64,000 bases of DNA from Entomortierella parvispora E1425 (lineage: Eukaryota; Fungi; Mortierellomycota), in NCBI GenBank assembly GCA_020891255.1, contig BQFW01000009.1:1054001-1118000 (forward strand). The letters run 5' to 3'. The translations under genes were made by a program, and so were the position numbers. Shown one piece after another: positions 10,893-22,337 of this stretch. The notes under the pieces were generated by a model. The model did no database searches and had not been told where the DNA came from. It saw only the letters and a program-made list of their open reading frames with translations. The stretch's first letter is position 1. Each line of letters starts with the position of its first letter.

Positions 10893-13800
10893 ATGAGTGA
10901 CTCTACCTCGACGTCGACCTTGACCTCCACCTCTTTGTCCGAGACTATTACGTCGACCATCATCGGAACTGCCACCTCCACAGCATCGGCAACAATCACG
11001 GCTATTACATCGATTGTTGCCCCTACTTCCACGCCCACAGCTCAGAATCCAAGCACACCAGAGCCGACATACAACCCTGAAGATCCTTATTCAAACCCCA
11101 ACCTGCTTTGCGACTGGACTCGCACTGCAAGCAACTGCCGCGATGCCGACTTTGTGAAGTGGATGCTAGTCGCGTCATCGATTGCCCACTTTCTCGTGGG
11201 CCTGTACGGTGTCTGGCTTCTTGCTTACAGAAACAGAGGCTTCAACAAGAAGATTGTTACTGAGCTCTTCATCAAAGTCGGCACGGGACTTCGGCCTAAA
11301 CCTGTAAGCGAGATGATATATGAGAGCATACAGAGAGGAACGGCGGATCTAGGCCTGAAATGATGTCGACTGACCTTCCCCATTTACTTTCTACCGTGTA
11401 GATGGACTGCATTATCTTCTTCACCACTATTGCCTGCTTTGTCAAAGTGGCGGCCAATCTTCCCCTGGTCTTCCATGCCCTGCCACATATGATGTGGCTG
11501 CGAGTTGCTATCGAGCAGATATACTGGTAAGAATAACAAACAGAGTTGCACTGAGCAGCAGGTGGGTCGAAAACAAAAGCTGACTTCCCAAACTTGTTCT
11601 CTAGGATATTTGTGGCATTCGCATTCTCGTCGTACTTTGTAGGACTACTGTATGCCATGCCCGTCACCACGCGCGAGGGCATCTTCGCTGTTTATCAGCC
11701 CGAGGTTGTGTTTGGAGCCAAGCCCCTGCCTCCTATCCACGTTCTCACCCCAAACACAGTTCAAAAGAACATTTTACTGGCTCTGGGTCTCATCTATCCA
11801 ACAGTCTTTGGTGCCGGCCTCGGCGTTGCCTCCGGTGCACTGTACGACAACGGTTACTTTTATGCAGGAAGGGTCCTGATGTTACTTCAGTACTCAAACT
11901 GGGTCCTGATTCTTTGGTCTATGGCTGTCATGTTCTTCTACTACGGACTCAAGTACACCTTCATCCTTCGGGCCAACATCATTATTGCCGAGGCTGCCCT
12001 TAAGGCTCCCAGGGCTGCTTTCGGTATTGGTAACCTCAAATCCCGTTCTCCAGCTCGATTCTTGTTTATTCAATTGCAAATTACAGGATTCGGCGGATGT
12101 GCAGTGACAGTCCTGGCTGGATCGCTCTGTATGCTCTGGGTACTTTTCAAGGATCAGATTTTGGCGATGGAGGATGACAAGCTGCCACATGCGATGGCTG
12201 TCTTCTGGACTTGTATGATTGCCTTGGCATTCTTTGTCGTCATGAGCTTGATTGCCGCTCAATCCATCCGCAACCGCAAGAGAGGTCTCCATGAACCATC
12301 GACCACTACCATGTCTCACTCTCTCAGTCCCTCTGGTCAAAAGAATGGCAGCAAGCCTACCAAGTCCAGCCCTCTTGGTACGGGCTTGAACACTTCATCG
12401 GATGCCGAGGCTAGATTAACGCAACATAGTTCTGGCGATCTAAGCACATTGCAGTCGGGCTCGGAAAAGGCGTCCCTGGAGCGCATGGACCAGTTTGACG
12501 ACATGCGCCAGTACTTGCCCCACCCTCTTCACCAGGACGAGAGCCTGAACACGAGAGCAGCGGCGGCTGCATCGGTCGCCGCCATGGCTGAGCTGTCAGA
12601 GAGAATGGACCGTGAGGCTGCCAAGAGAGAATCATGGAGACCTTCGACTCCGACATCAGCAGACCGTCCGCTGACAATTCAAACGAACAATGGTGTAACC
12701 ACCAATGCTAATGGTCATAGTCAGATCCGCGAGTCGGTCTTTGGAGGAAGGACAGCAAGAGAGGATGGGTCGATCTCACCGCCACCCCAACACAGCGGAT
12801 TCAGCATGCCTTCTTTCCCGCTTGTCGCCATCCGCTCCAGCTCTAGGAACAGTGTTCAACCTCGCCCCTCTACTAGCTCTGCGACTCATACAACTTCAGG
12901 CTCTTCATCGAGGTTGTCGCATGGATCATCCAAGCACGGAGCATCTTCCAGCGGATCCCACCATCTTCCACCCACTAGCCCAACAACCTCGACCAACCCT
13001 GTCAACCTGCAGCAACAGACCCAACTTCAGCTTCAGTTATTGCAGCAACAACAACAACAGCAGCAGGGGGGACCTAGATCTCCGGTCTCCCAGCGCGTCG
13101 TGGTGAACCCTGCTGGATTCCAGCCGATCCCAGAAAGTCAACAATATTTCGCAAGTGATGACTATGGTGGCGATCTGCTCTACACTGATTCCCTGCGACT
13201 CCAACAGCAATACCAACAACAACAGCAGCAACCACAACAGCAAGTTCATACCAGGACAAAGTCTAACTCTTCGAACGGAGGTCGGATCCAACCCTCACCG
13301 GTAATTGCACCCATGTCACCGCCCCTTGTGTATCAACAGTATCCCCAACATCACCAATACTACGACCAATCCCGACCCATCAGTCCACCGCCAAGGATGT
13401 CTACCTCGTCCTCAACTCGTGGATACCCGATTCAGCAACAGCAGCAAGAGATGAATTTACCAATGGACATGCAGCTTCAGCAACAGCATCCATTGCATCA
13501 AGTGGCGTTCAAGGGCCTTTCACCCCCACCAAGGTCAACACCAACAAGTTCTACAAGCCCTAGCTTAATGGGCCACGCAATAGCTACCTCCGCACGATCT
13601 GCACCCTCTTCAACCACCGCTGCCTCTGGATCGTCCTTCCCAGCTGGATATGAGGACCCTTACCCTCAAACAAACGTACCCCGTGTTGGTGGAGCGGTCC
13701 GGAGGGCCTCTGGAGGGCAAGCAAAGAAGGAGACTGTCAAGGATTCGGCCTCTGTCATGTCAAATTCGTCTATCTCACTGGCTGCTCCTGTCCCCACTTC

Positions 13801-14140
13801 TCCCATTGCGGCTTCGCGTGGCCCCGGTGGTGGCTATCAGAGCCAAAGAACCGCCGAATCTGCACAGTCCTTCTCGTCCCCCTCCTTGATGGCAGCAACT
13901 GCGGCCGCTTCCTCTTCACCTTCTCCCGGAGCCGCGAGTATATCATCGGCACCATCGGGATCTGCCAAATCATTGAGGCAGACTCAAGCCTTTTCACAGC
14001 AGCAGCAGCAGCAACAACAACAACAACAGATGCAGCCTCGAGGGGGTCCCGTTAGAGAGGATGATAGCGATGAAATGGACGATGGAGCCAGCATCGAGTC
14101 TGCTGGTGACACATGGCCTTTGCCCCCATCTTTTAAATAG
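10893..14140 (+). CDS. Orphan seven-transmembrane (GPCR-like) protein with Ser/Thr-rich N-terminus and long Gln/Ser/Pro-rich tail, 3 exons
   Basis: Exons 10893-11303, ~11402-11527 and ~11605-14140 joined by GT-AG introns; seven hydrophobic segments counted by eye; tail with several polyQ tracts. Confidence 0.72.
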
Positions 14141-14337
14141 ACTGTGCGATACCCGATATTCCCTCTTTTGTCTCTCCTCACGTCGCCAACTAATAATAAT
14201 AAAAAGGCATTCATGATACACGTTTGCGCCATGGATGGTTTATTTGCAATGAAGTGACTCATTGTTGTTGGGTCTGTCGTCTAAAATCTGGCGAGAGTGG
14301 CAGATGAGTTCCGCTTCTGAGCATGGCTTGTGATGTT

Positions 14338-15567
14338 TCACTCTGTCTGACGTTCAGGATCGTGTCCAAAGAAAGAGAAGGCACTTTTGATAGCGTTCAG
14401 GAACGAGGCCATCTGGCTCTGCATCTCCGCTATTTGAAGCGTGAGAAGCATGGTCAGGTCAGTCAGCTGTATATGTCCATCTCTTGTCATCTCGAATGTC
14501 AACAAACTAGGCTTCATTCTTTTTTCTTCCTTGCAATATGTACCTTGTTCGTGTTCCATTTGTGCAATGTTGATCTGGCCAGATTGCAGCATTTGTTCGA
14601 TTTCAGCAAAACGCATCGTCAAAAAATCAGACAAGACAAACTGGATCTCGGTGTTGAGTGCATCAAGGTCCCGACAGATTGCTAGAAAAAAAAAAGAGAT
14701 GACATTGGACTTTTGGTTAGATGCTTTCCCTTTGTTTTCGTGCAAGGCTCAACTTAATAAATGGCGCTTCCTTCTTACTTTGAAGATCCAGCTTCGACTT
14801 TTCCTTGCATTGATTCACGAGATCCCAGAGTGGCTGAGAGTCGAAAGGAAGGTACTCAACTGCCATGGAGTCATCCTTTTTTGGACCCTGTCCTGATCCA
14901 GAGCCGGTAACGCCATTTGCCGCGGTGGATAGAGTCATCTCCTCGGTTGTCTCCCCTGTCAACACCGGTGGCAAATATGCTTCCGGTTGCTTCTTCTGAT
15001 GCCCTTTTGGGCTCGAGTTGGGAAGGGGATCGCCGCCCTGCATCGAGCTGGGAGAAACCTTGATGTGGAGAGGAGTTGTTTGGTTGACAGGATTACAAGC
15101 TGGTCCTGAAGATAATGACAAATACTGGTCAGGGGACAGTTTGATAGGCGTTGAAGCCGGTTTTTCCTTTCCATTCTTCCTGGTGTCTGGGCTCGCGCTC
15201 TTGCTCTCTCTCAAAGTGGAGCCTTCAGTGCTGGACGGTGTTCCCGACTAGATATAAATCAGAACAAAGAGACGATGTCAGACACGGCAGTCGCATGTAA
15301 AAACACGTTTACCATAGGATCCACACCTACCTGAGAATCATCATGAGTGTTCTTGTTGCTTAGAACGCCATCATTCAAACCGGATTTGACCTCGACATCA
15401 TCATCCGACTGAAGAGTCGTGGGTGGTTTTGGTGGCGCATATGCGGCTGTGTTGGGCAAACCCTCGATGGAAGCCTTGCTCTTGGCAAGGATGGCCATGG
15501 AATAGCTATCCTCCAAGGGTGAAAGTTGTTCCTTGGGGAATAGAAGGAGTAGCGGATCGGCGGCCAT
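14338..15567 (-). CDS. Four-exon orphan protein (317 aa): disordered N-terminus and C-terminal coiled-coil helix
   Basis: Exons 15567-15313, 15247-14779, 14681-14544 and 14429-14338; all three GT-AG introns are phase-consistent and give one open frame MAADPLLLLF...KSAFSFFGHDPERQTE*. Confidence 0.75.
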
Positions 15568-16216
15568 GAGCTTGAGGTGTGTAGGGTGGGCTGAAGAAGA
15601 AAGAGAGCATGGCGAGGAGATAAAAAAGCTTCTCTTCAAATCACATGATCACAAGCGCGTTCTCTCAAACTACAGCCATGCTGTCTTGGCTGCTCCGGAG
15701 TGCTTGACCTCATTTGGTCCCTGGCATGCGGATGGGAGCATATTTAGGCTATGGCACTTTTCTTCTTTGTGTGCCACCATCCATCACCAGGAGAGAATAA
15801 AAGATGTGTGGCTGTTGCCAAGTTGTGTCTTTTCTTCCTTTTAAGATTATGAAGTCCATGCGCAATGTGGTAACTGCCATGAGAAGTGGAGTGCCGAGAC
15901 CTCACAACAATTGGCCCCCGTTTGTACTTGCTTGATTTGCCTTGATTTGCCAAAAGGGTCGAAATCGAAACGGCGAGTGATGCCCACGCCGCTTTTTTTG
16001 TTTGGATTTTTTTTTTTTGTTCTTTTTGTTCAATGAATCCCTTTCTTTCAACGCAACATTTGCTTTGCAGAAGAGCATTGTTTTCTCGAGTTTACTTTGC
16101 AAGAAGGTGGGGTCATTGGTGTTTATCGCTTTTGCTATGTCGTCAAGCTGTTGATCAGGGACAACCCAAAGATAAATAAGCATTCCTCAGGAGAGGAAAC
16201 AGCTACATGGGCAGTG

Positions 16217-16224
16217 TATAAAAG
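16217..16224 (+). promoter_or_regulatory. TATA box of the ABCB transporter gene
   Basis: TATAAAAG about 200 bp upstream of ATG 16418, followed by a CT-rich leader. Confidence 0.55.
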
Positions 16225-16417
16225 GGTGCCAAGGTCGCTTCGTTTCTGGCCTTCTCAATCTCTTTCACACCCATCGAACGCTCAACACTCATAGTATTCC
16301 ACCTTTTCCTACCCTTTCTCGCAACAGGCTTGCTAGACTGCACTGCATTCTGCATCATCCACTTTTTATCTTGAACACAAACCCAAATTCCACAAAAAAA
16401 AAAAAATCTTCTGTCCG

Positions 16418-19400
16418 ATGACCAGCAAAGACGAACAAGAACTCCACGAGCTGGACCAGCACGGCGAAACTTCCCCTGAATTCAAGACTCATATTGTTGA
16501 AATCCAATCGGAAGGGTCTGCCGTACCCGATCACTTAGCTACCAAAGACCCAAAGAAGATAAAGAAAGGCAAGAAAAACAAAAAGGACAAGGAAGAAAAG
16601 AAAGATGAGCCCAAGGTGTCCTACCTTCAGCTTTATCGCTTTGCCACTTCATGGGATTGGACCTGTGTCACGTAAGTATACTTGTCCAATTTTGCAAAGA
16701 AAGATATATGGCACCAGTTGCTCGACGAGGTCTAGTAAAGTGGGATTCTAACAAAGGTTATTTTTGTTTATCTATCCAACAGCATTGGCCTCCTGTGCGC
16801 AGTGGTGAACGGAGTTGGTCAACCCATCATCTCTCTTCTCATCGGAGGTGTCGTCAACAAGATCACAGAGTTTGAGAACGACATCGCGCTAGGTGTTGCT
16901 GCCGTTCGTGTCATTGTCATCAAGTTTACCGTCGCGGGCGCGATTGTGGCCGCAGCCTCTTACGGCCAAATGTGCTTTTTTACCCTTTCGGCCGAGAATC
17001 AGACAAAGAGGATCCGTGAGCGGTATCTGCATGCGATCTTGCGGCAGGACGCGGCCTGGCACGACACCTCCCGCAGCTCGGATTCCTTAAATTCGAGATT
17101 AAGCGCAGATACCCAGCTCATTTTTGATGGATTGGCAGACAAAGTTGGTCTGTGTGTGAGCTGCCTCTCAACGTTTGTGGCCGGCATTGTGATTGCCTTC
17201 TTGCACGGTTGGAAAATGAGTCTGGTGCTGATCAGCACGATGCCTTTGATTGCTGGTGAGTTTTCAATTGACCTTGTTCATGTTTGATATTCGTCTTGAC
17301 TTTTGCTGACTAACAATACTCTTGGCTACCAAACCCCCAGCTTGCGGCGCCTTCATGTCATCATTCGCTGGTGATTCCTCGGCCGAGGGCCAAGATTCCT
17401 ATTCCAGCGCCGGTGCTGTTGCAGAGGCCGCGATCTCATCCATTCGTACGGTCTATGCTTTCGATGGACAAAAACGCGAGCTTCAGAAGTTCGGTTCCAG
17501 TCGCACATTGATGAGGCCTACAAATCTGGCGTCAAGAAAGCTTTTGCAACAGGTCTGGGTATGGGGTCTATCATGGCCATCCTCTTCTGCAGTTACGCTC
17601 TTGCGTTTTGGTATGGTGCTCGTCAAGTTCAATCCGGGGCCATGAACTCTGGTGATGTGTTGACTGTCTTGTTTGGTATTGTGATTGGATCCATGTCCCT
17701 TGGAAACGTCGGGCCGAACGTAGCCGTGTTTGCAAAGGCCCAAGCTGCTGCCTTTCAGATCTTCAAGACCATTGACCGTGTGCCCGAGATCGATTCTTCA
17801 AGTCCTCGGGGACTGGAACCCGAGAATTTGGAAGGACATATCATCCTGCAAGGTGTTGATTTTGCTTACCCCTCTCGTTCCGATGTGCCTATCCTGAAAG
17901 GACTGAGTCTGGAAGTCAAGCCCGGCCAGACCGTGGCACTGGTAGGTCACTCTGGAAGTGGCAAGTCCACGATTGTCAGTTTGGTTGAAAGGTTCTATAA
18001 CCCATCAGCAGGGTCCATTCAGCTGGATGGTCACGAACTTAAAGAGATCAGCGTTCGGTTCCTTCGCGACTCTATCGGTCTTGTCTCGCAAGAGCCTGTG
18101 CTCTTCAACGGAACTATTAAGCAGAACATCATCTATGGTATTCGCAAGGACCAAGCCGTCCCATCTCTGAGTGAGATCGAACAGTCCTGCCGTCTTGCGA
18201 ACGCGCACGAGTTCATTTCTCGCCTGCCCAACAAGTATGATACCCTGGTGGGTGAACGGGGTGCGTTGCTCTCTGGTGGCCAAAAGCAGAGAATTGCTAT
18301 CGCCCGTGCTTTGATCAAGAACCCAAGGATCTTGCTTTTGGATGAGGCTACCTCGGCACTGGATACAGAGTCCGAAAGGATTGTCCAAGGAGCTCTGGAC
18401 AACGCTGCCTCTGGCCGATCAACGATTGTCATTGCTCACCGACTGTCGACGATCATGAACGCGGACCAGATCTATGTCATGGACAAAGGAGTCGTTGTCG
18501 AAACTGGAACACATGCTTCACTGATGGCTCTTGGAGGAATCTATGCCGATTTCGTCACAAAGCAACAATTGAAAACGGGCGGCGTCGACAATGAGAATGT
18601 TGCTCATGAAGACTTTGCTTCCAATGCTCCACACATTCCCATCACTGCTCGTCCCGGCAACATTCACCGTACAGGAACGAACACCAAAGTCGGCTCTTTC
18701 CTCAGGCGCATGTCTTCCCATCATTCCGCCGGTGGTTCAGAGAAAGGAGACGCTCTTGAGATCGCTATTCCAGAGGACGAAGATGTGTCTCTGGCGAGGC
18801 AAAAGAAAGAGGCAGCTCGCAAGCTCAAGCTGCAAAAGGCACCTATTGGACGCACGATTGCCTATCTTAAAAATGACCTTGGCCTGGTCTTCATTGGTAC
18901 TTTCCTCTCAATGGTGCAAGGCGCTGTTTTCCCAGGCATGTCCCAAGTCATGTCCCACTCCATCAATACCCTCGCTCGCAAGGGCGAACCTGGTTTTGAT
19001 CTGATTGGGGAAGCAAATCACTATGCCCTTCTCTTTGTCCTGGTCGGCATTGCTGCTTTCATATCCTTTGCCGGTGGCTTGACTTCCTTTCTGATTGTCG
19101 GCGAAAGAATGACACGTCAGATGCGCTACCTGAGCTACAGGGCCATTCTTTCCCAAGAAGTGGCATTCTTTGATAAGCCAGAGAACTCGACTGGTGCTTT
19201 GGCCAGCCGTCTCGCCACAGACTCGCAGCAGATGCTTGAGATGGTATCTCAAGTTATCTTGACGATTCTGGCCTCCTTGGCTACAATCGCATGCGGTTTC
19301 GGCTTTGCGTTCTCTGCCACATGGCAAATGACCCTCATTATCTTGGCAGCGGTTCCAGTCATTGGACTTGGTCAGTACCTTGAGATTGCAGCTCTCTCTG

Positions 19401-20602
19401 GATTCGGTGAAAAGACACGAAAGGCCTACGAGAAGAGTGGAAATGTTGCCGCGGAAGCTATTGCCAACATTCGCACCGTGGCCTCCCTCGCCAAGGAGGA
19501 TCGATTTGAAAAACGCTATGTCGATGTCACGATGGAGCCCCATAAGTATGCCATCGACAAGGCCCTGTACGCGTCTTTTGGCTACGCCATGGCCCAAGGA
19601 GTGGCCTTTTGGGCATACTCGATCGGATTCTACGGTGGTTACCGTTTGGTCGAGGCCGATATCATCACATGGTACCAAATGTTCAACTGCATGCTTGCCA
19701 TCGTGTTTGCCGCTGTTTCTCTTGGCCACATCACCTCTGAGATCCCCAAGTACGCCAAAGGCAAGCAATCTGCCATCAATGTTTACGAACTTTTGGACAA
19801 GGACACTACTATCGATGTTGACCGTGATGGATTGAAGATCGACGGCTCTTCCTGTGAGAATGGCGATTCTCTGTCGCTAGAGAAGGTCCAATTCAACTAC
19901 CCGACTCGATCAGATGTCCCCATCTTCAAAGGTATTGAACTCCAGGCCCAGCCTGCTCAGACTGTTGCCCTTGTCGGTCCATCTGGGTGCGGCAAGTCTA
20001 CGGTTATCGCCCTAATGGAGCGCTGGTATGAGGCTGACGGTGGAAAGGTGGTGGTTGATCAATACGACATCAAGGATCTTCAATTGCACGATGTTCGGAA
20101 CCGAATGGCCCTTGTCGGTCAAGAGCCCGTTCTCTTTGACGTTTCCATCAAGGACAACATCTTGTACGGCTTACCTGACGGTGTCGAGGGCACAATGGAC
20201 CAAGTGATTGAGGCTGCCACGCTTTCGAATATTCACAGTTTTATCATGTCGTTGCCCGAGGGATATGATACCCGGGTTGGCGACAAGGGGTCTCAGTTGT
20301 CGGGTGGACAGAAGCAACGCATCGCCATCGCTCGTGCTTTGATCCGTAACCCAAAGATCCTATTGTTGGATGAGGCCACGTCTGCTTTGGATTCTGAATC
20401 TGAAAAGTTGGTCCAAGAGGCGTTAGACAGGGCGCGAAGTGGTAGAACGACCATCGTGATCGCTCATCGATTGAGCACCATTCAGGACGCTGATTTGATC
20501 TTGGTGGTCAAGGATGGCCACATCGTGGAATCGGGACGACATTATGAACTGATTGCCCTCCAAGGCGTTTACTCTGAGCTCTGCAAGAGACAGAACCTAT
20601 AA
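16418..20602 (+). CDS. Full-size ABCB/MDR (P-glycoprotein-like) transporter, 3 exons, with a frameshift at ~17490-17503 (possible pseudogene)
   Basis: TMD-NBD-TMD-NBD; Walker A GHSGSGKS and GPSGCGKS, signature LSGGQKQRIAIARA twice, LLLDEATSALD twice; introns 16672-16782 and 17256-17340; frame changes inside exon 3. Confidence 0.92.
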
Positions 20603-20765
20603 ATGATATTTATCTATGATGCACTGTTTTTCTGATAATAAATGTTCACGGCAGGGGTTGTCTCCTGCACTGACTTTTTTTTTTTTTTAATTTTTCTCAA
20701 GCAACAATCACCTCGGGTCTTCTTTCCTCATTCTCAAGCTCCTTCACCCCAGCCTTCCTTCAGGT

Positions 20766-22136
20766 ATGAACTTGGCCGAGATTCGAAAGGCAGTTGCGTT
20801 GCACCTGTCTCGCAAGGATTTGGCTGCCTGCACCCTCACCTGTCGAGAATGGCACGATTCCTTCATACCACTTCTGTACAACCCTTTGGACTTAAAGTTC
20901 ATCGGTGGCCCTTCCTCCAAGGGTTCCAGTCAGTCTCATGTCCTCTCTATGGCGACCATTCAGCGTCACGCTCGACATATCCGAACGCTGCATCTCATCA
21001 CTGTGATGCTTCAACCGCAGAACCTATCACTGCGGCAAAAACTACGACCATTCCGTGTTCTTAATGAACCAACTGTTGATCAACAACCCAGGACTTCAGC
21101 GCCACATCCTTTCTCAGATCGATGACCCAGACAGTCTGAAACGTATGTGGAAACAAGCTCTATGTCCCTCTTCGCCCTTGCAGCTGGCAGAGTTACATTT
21201 GAGAGAGCTGACTTTGGCAGCACAACATTTGGTTGCTTTGGTTAACGCCTCGCCAAATCCAACCACTCTTTCTCTCCTGGAATGTGATATTAAAGAAGAT
21301 GGAACAAAAAGACCTCATGGCGGGAAAGGCCTGTCCTGGATTACTTGTAATCCCCCCGATAACAAATCATATGGCCATGACATAGTCATTGACATCCATA
21401 GCCATATCGAAGTCCTCAATGTGAGTGGGTGCTTGGGCTCCTACAGCAATTTATCAACTGTTATCGATTGGGTACGATTTGCAGGTTCAAATCTGGAATC
21501 TCTTTCCTTCAAGATGACACATCCTGACCTCGACGACTGGGGCACAGACGACGAAGAAAGGAAAACAGAACGTCCGTGGTCTTGGGTCCATTGGATCGAC
21601 TACCGACCTGTCCCGGGGCCTTGGATCTCGAGCTGGACAACATTCAGATGAGTGGTGGTGAATTGTCTACAATTCTGACTGCATTCCCAAGTTTGACGCG
21701 CCTGGTGTTAAAGGGTCTCTATGTCGGCCGATCGAATTTTGAGGCTTTGAAAAGGACGCCGCTTCGCTTTTTGACGGTCCTGGATTTCAATGATGATAGA
21801 AGATGCTGGGGCTATATCGAACCTTGGATGTGGAAGGATATCTTCTGTCTTGGCTCGCAATTGGTTGAGCTTGGGATGGAGACGCTCGATTTCGAGCCCA
21901 CGGGCGAGCAAATGATAGAGGACCAAGTCTCTTGGGCTTGTCGCTCAGGTCTCAAAAATCCTTCGGATCCGGTGGGTGGTCTTGGGGCGAGACCATATGT
22001 CCAACCTTTGGGCTATGAAGGAGCTGATGGGGGATTGAAGGAGCTTTATATAAGTCACATTAACAATCCCAACGAGGACAAAATAGTCGCTTGTGATCAT
22101 GACAGATATTATGAAAGGATCTTCGATGGTCTTTGA
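20766..22136 (+). pseudogene. Mortierellaceae-type F-box/LRR-like gene with at least two frame breaks
   Basis: F-box-like start MNLAEIRKAVALHLSRKDLAACTLTCREWHDSFIPLLY; continues in other frames (NQLLINNPGLQ..., ILTAFPSLTRLVL..., WACRSGLK...) in ORFs 20766, 21055 and 21576 without convincing introns. Confidence 0.65.
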
Positions 22137-22337
22137 CCCCCGCCAGCATGGTCCGTTGAGAAATACGCCACCAATTCGAAACACGTGATCATATCTTTGT
22201 TTATGCACGTGACCAAATCCGCCTCAATACAAACAGCAGTCACGAAAAAGAAAAAAGAAAAAAAAAGAAAAGACGCTGCCTCGCATGCAAAGGAAACAAG
22301 GCATCCATTCATCCGCTACACAATCCCCTTTATCACC

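Noticed and set aside
18908-19768. 286-aa minus-strand ORF
   Set aside because: Antisense to the ABCB transporter; no family features.
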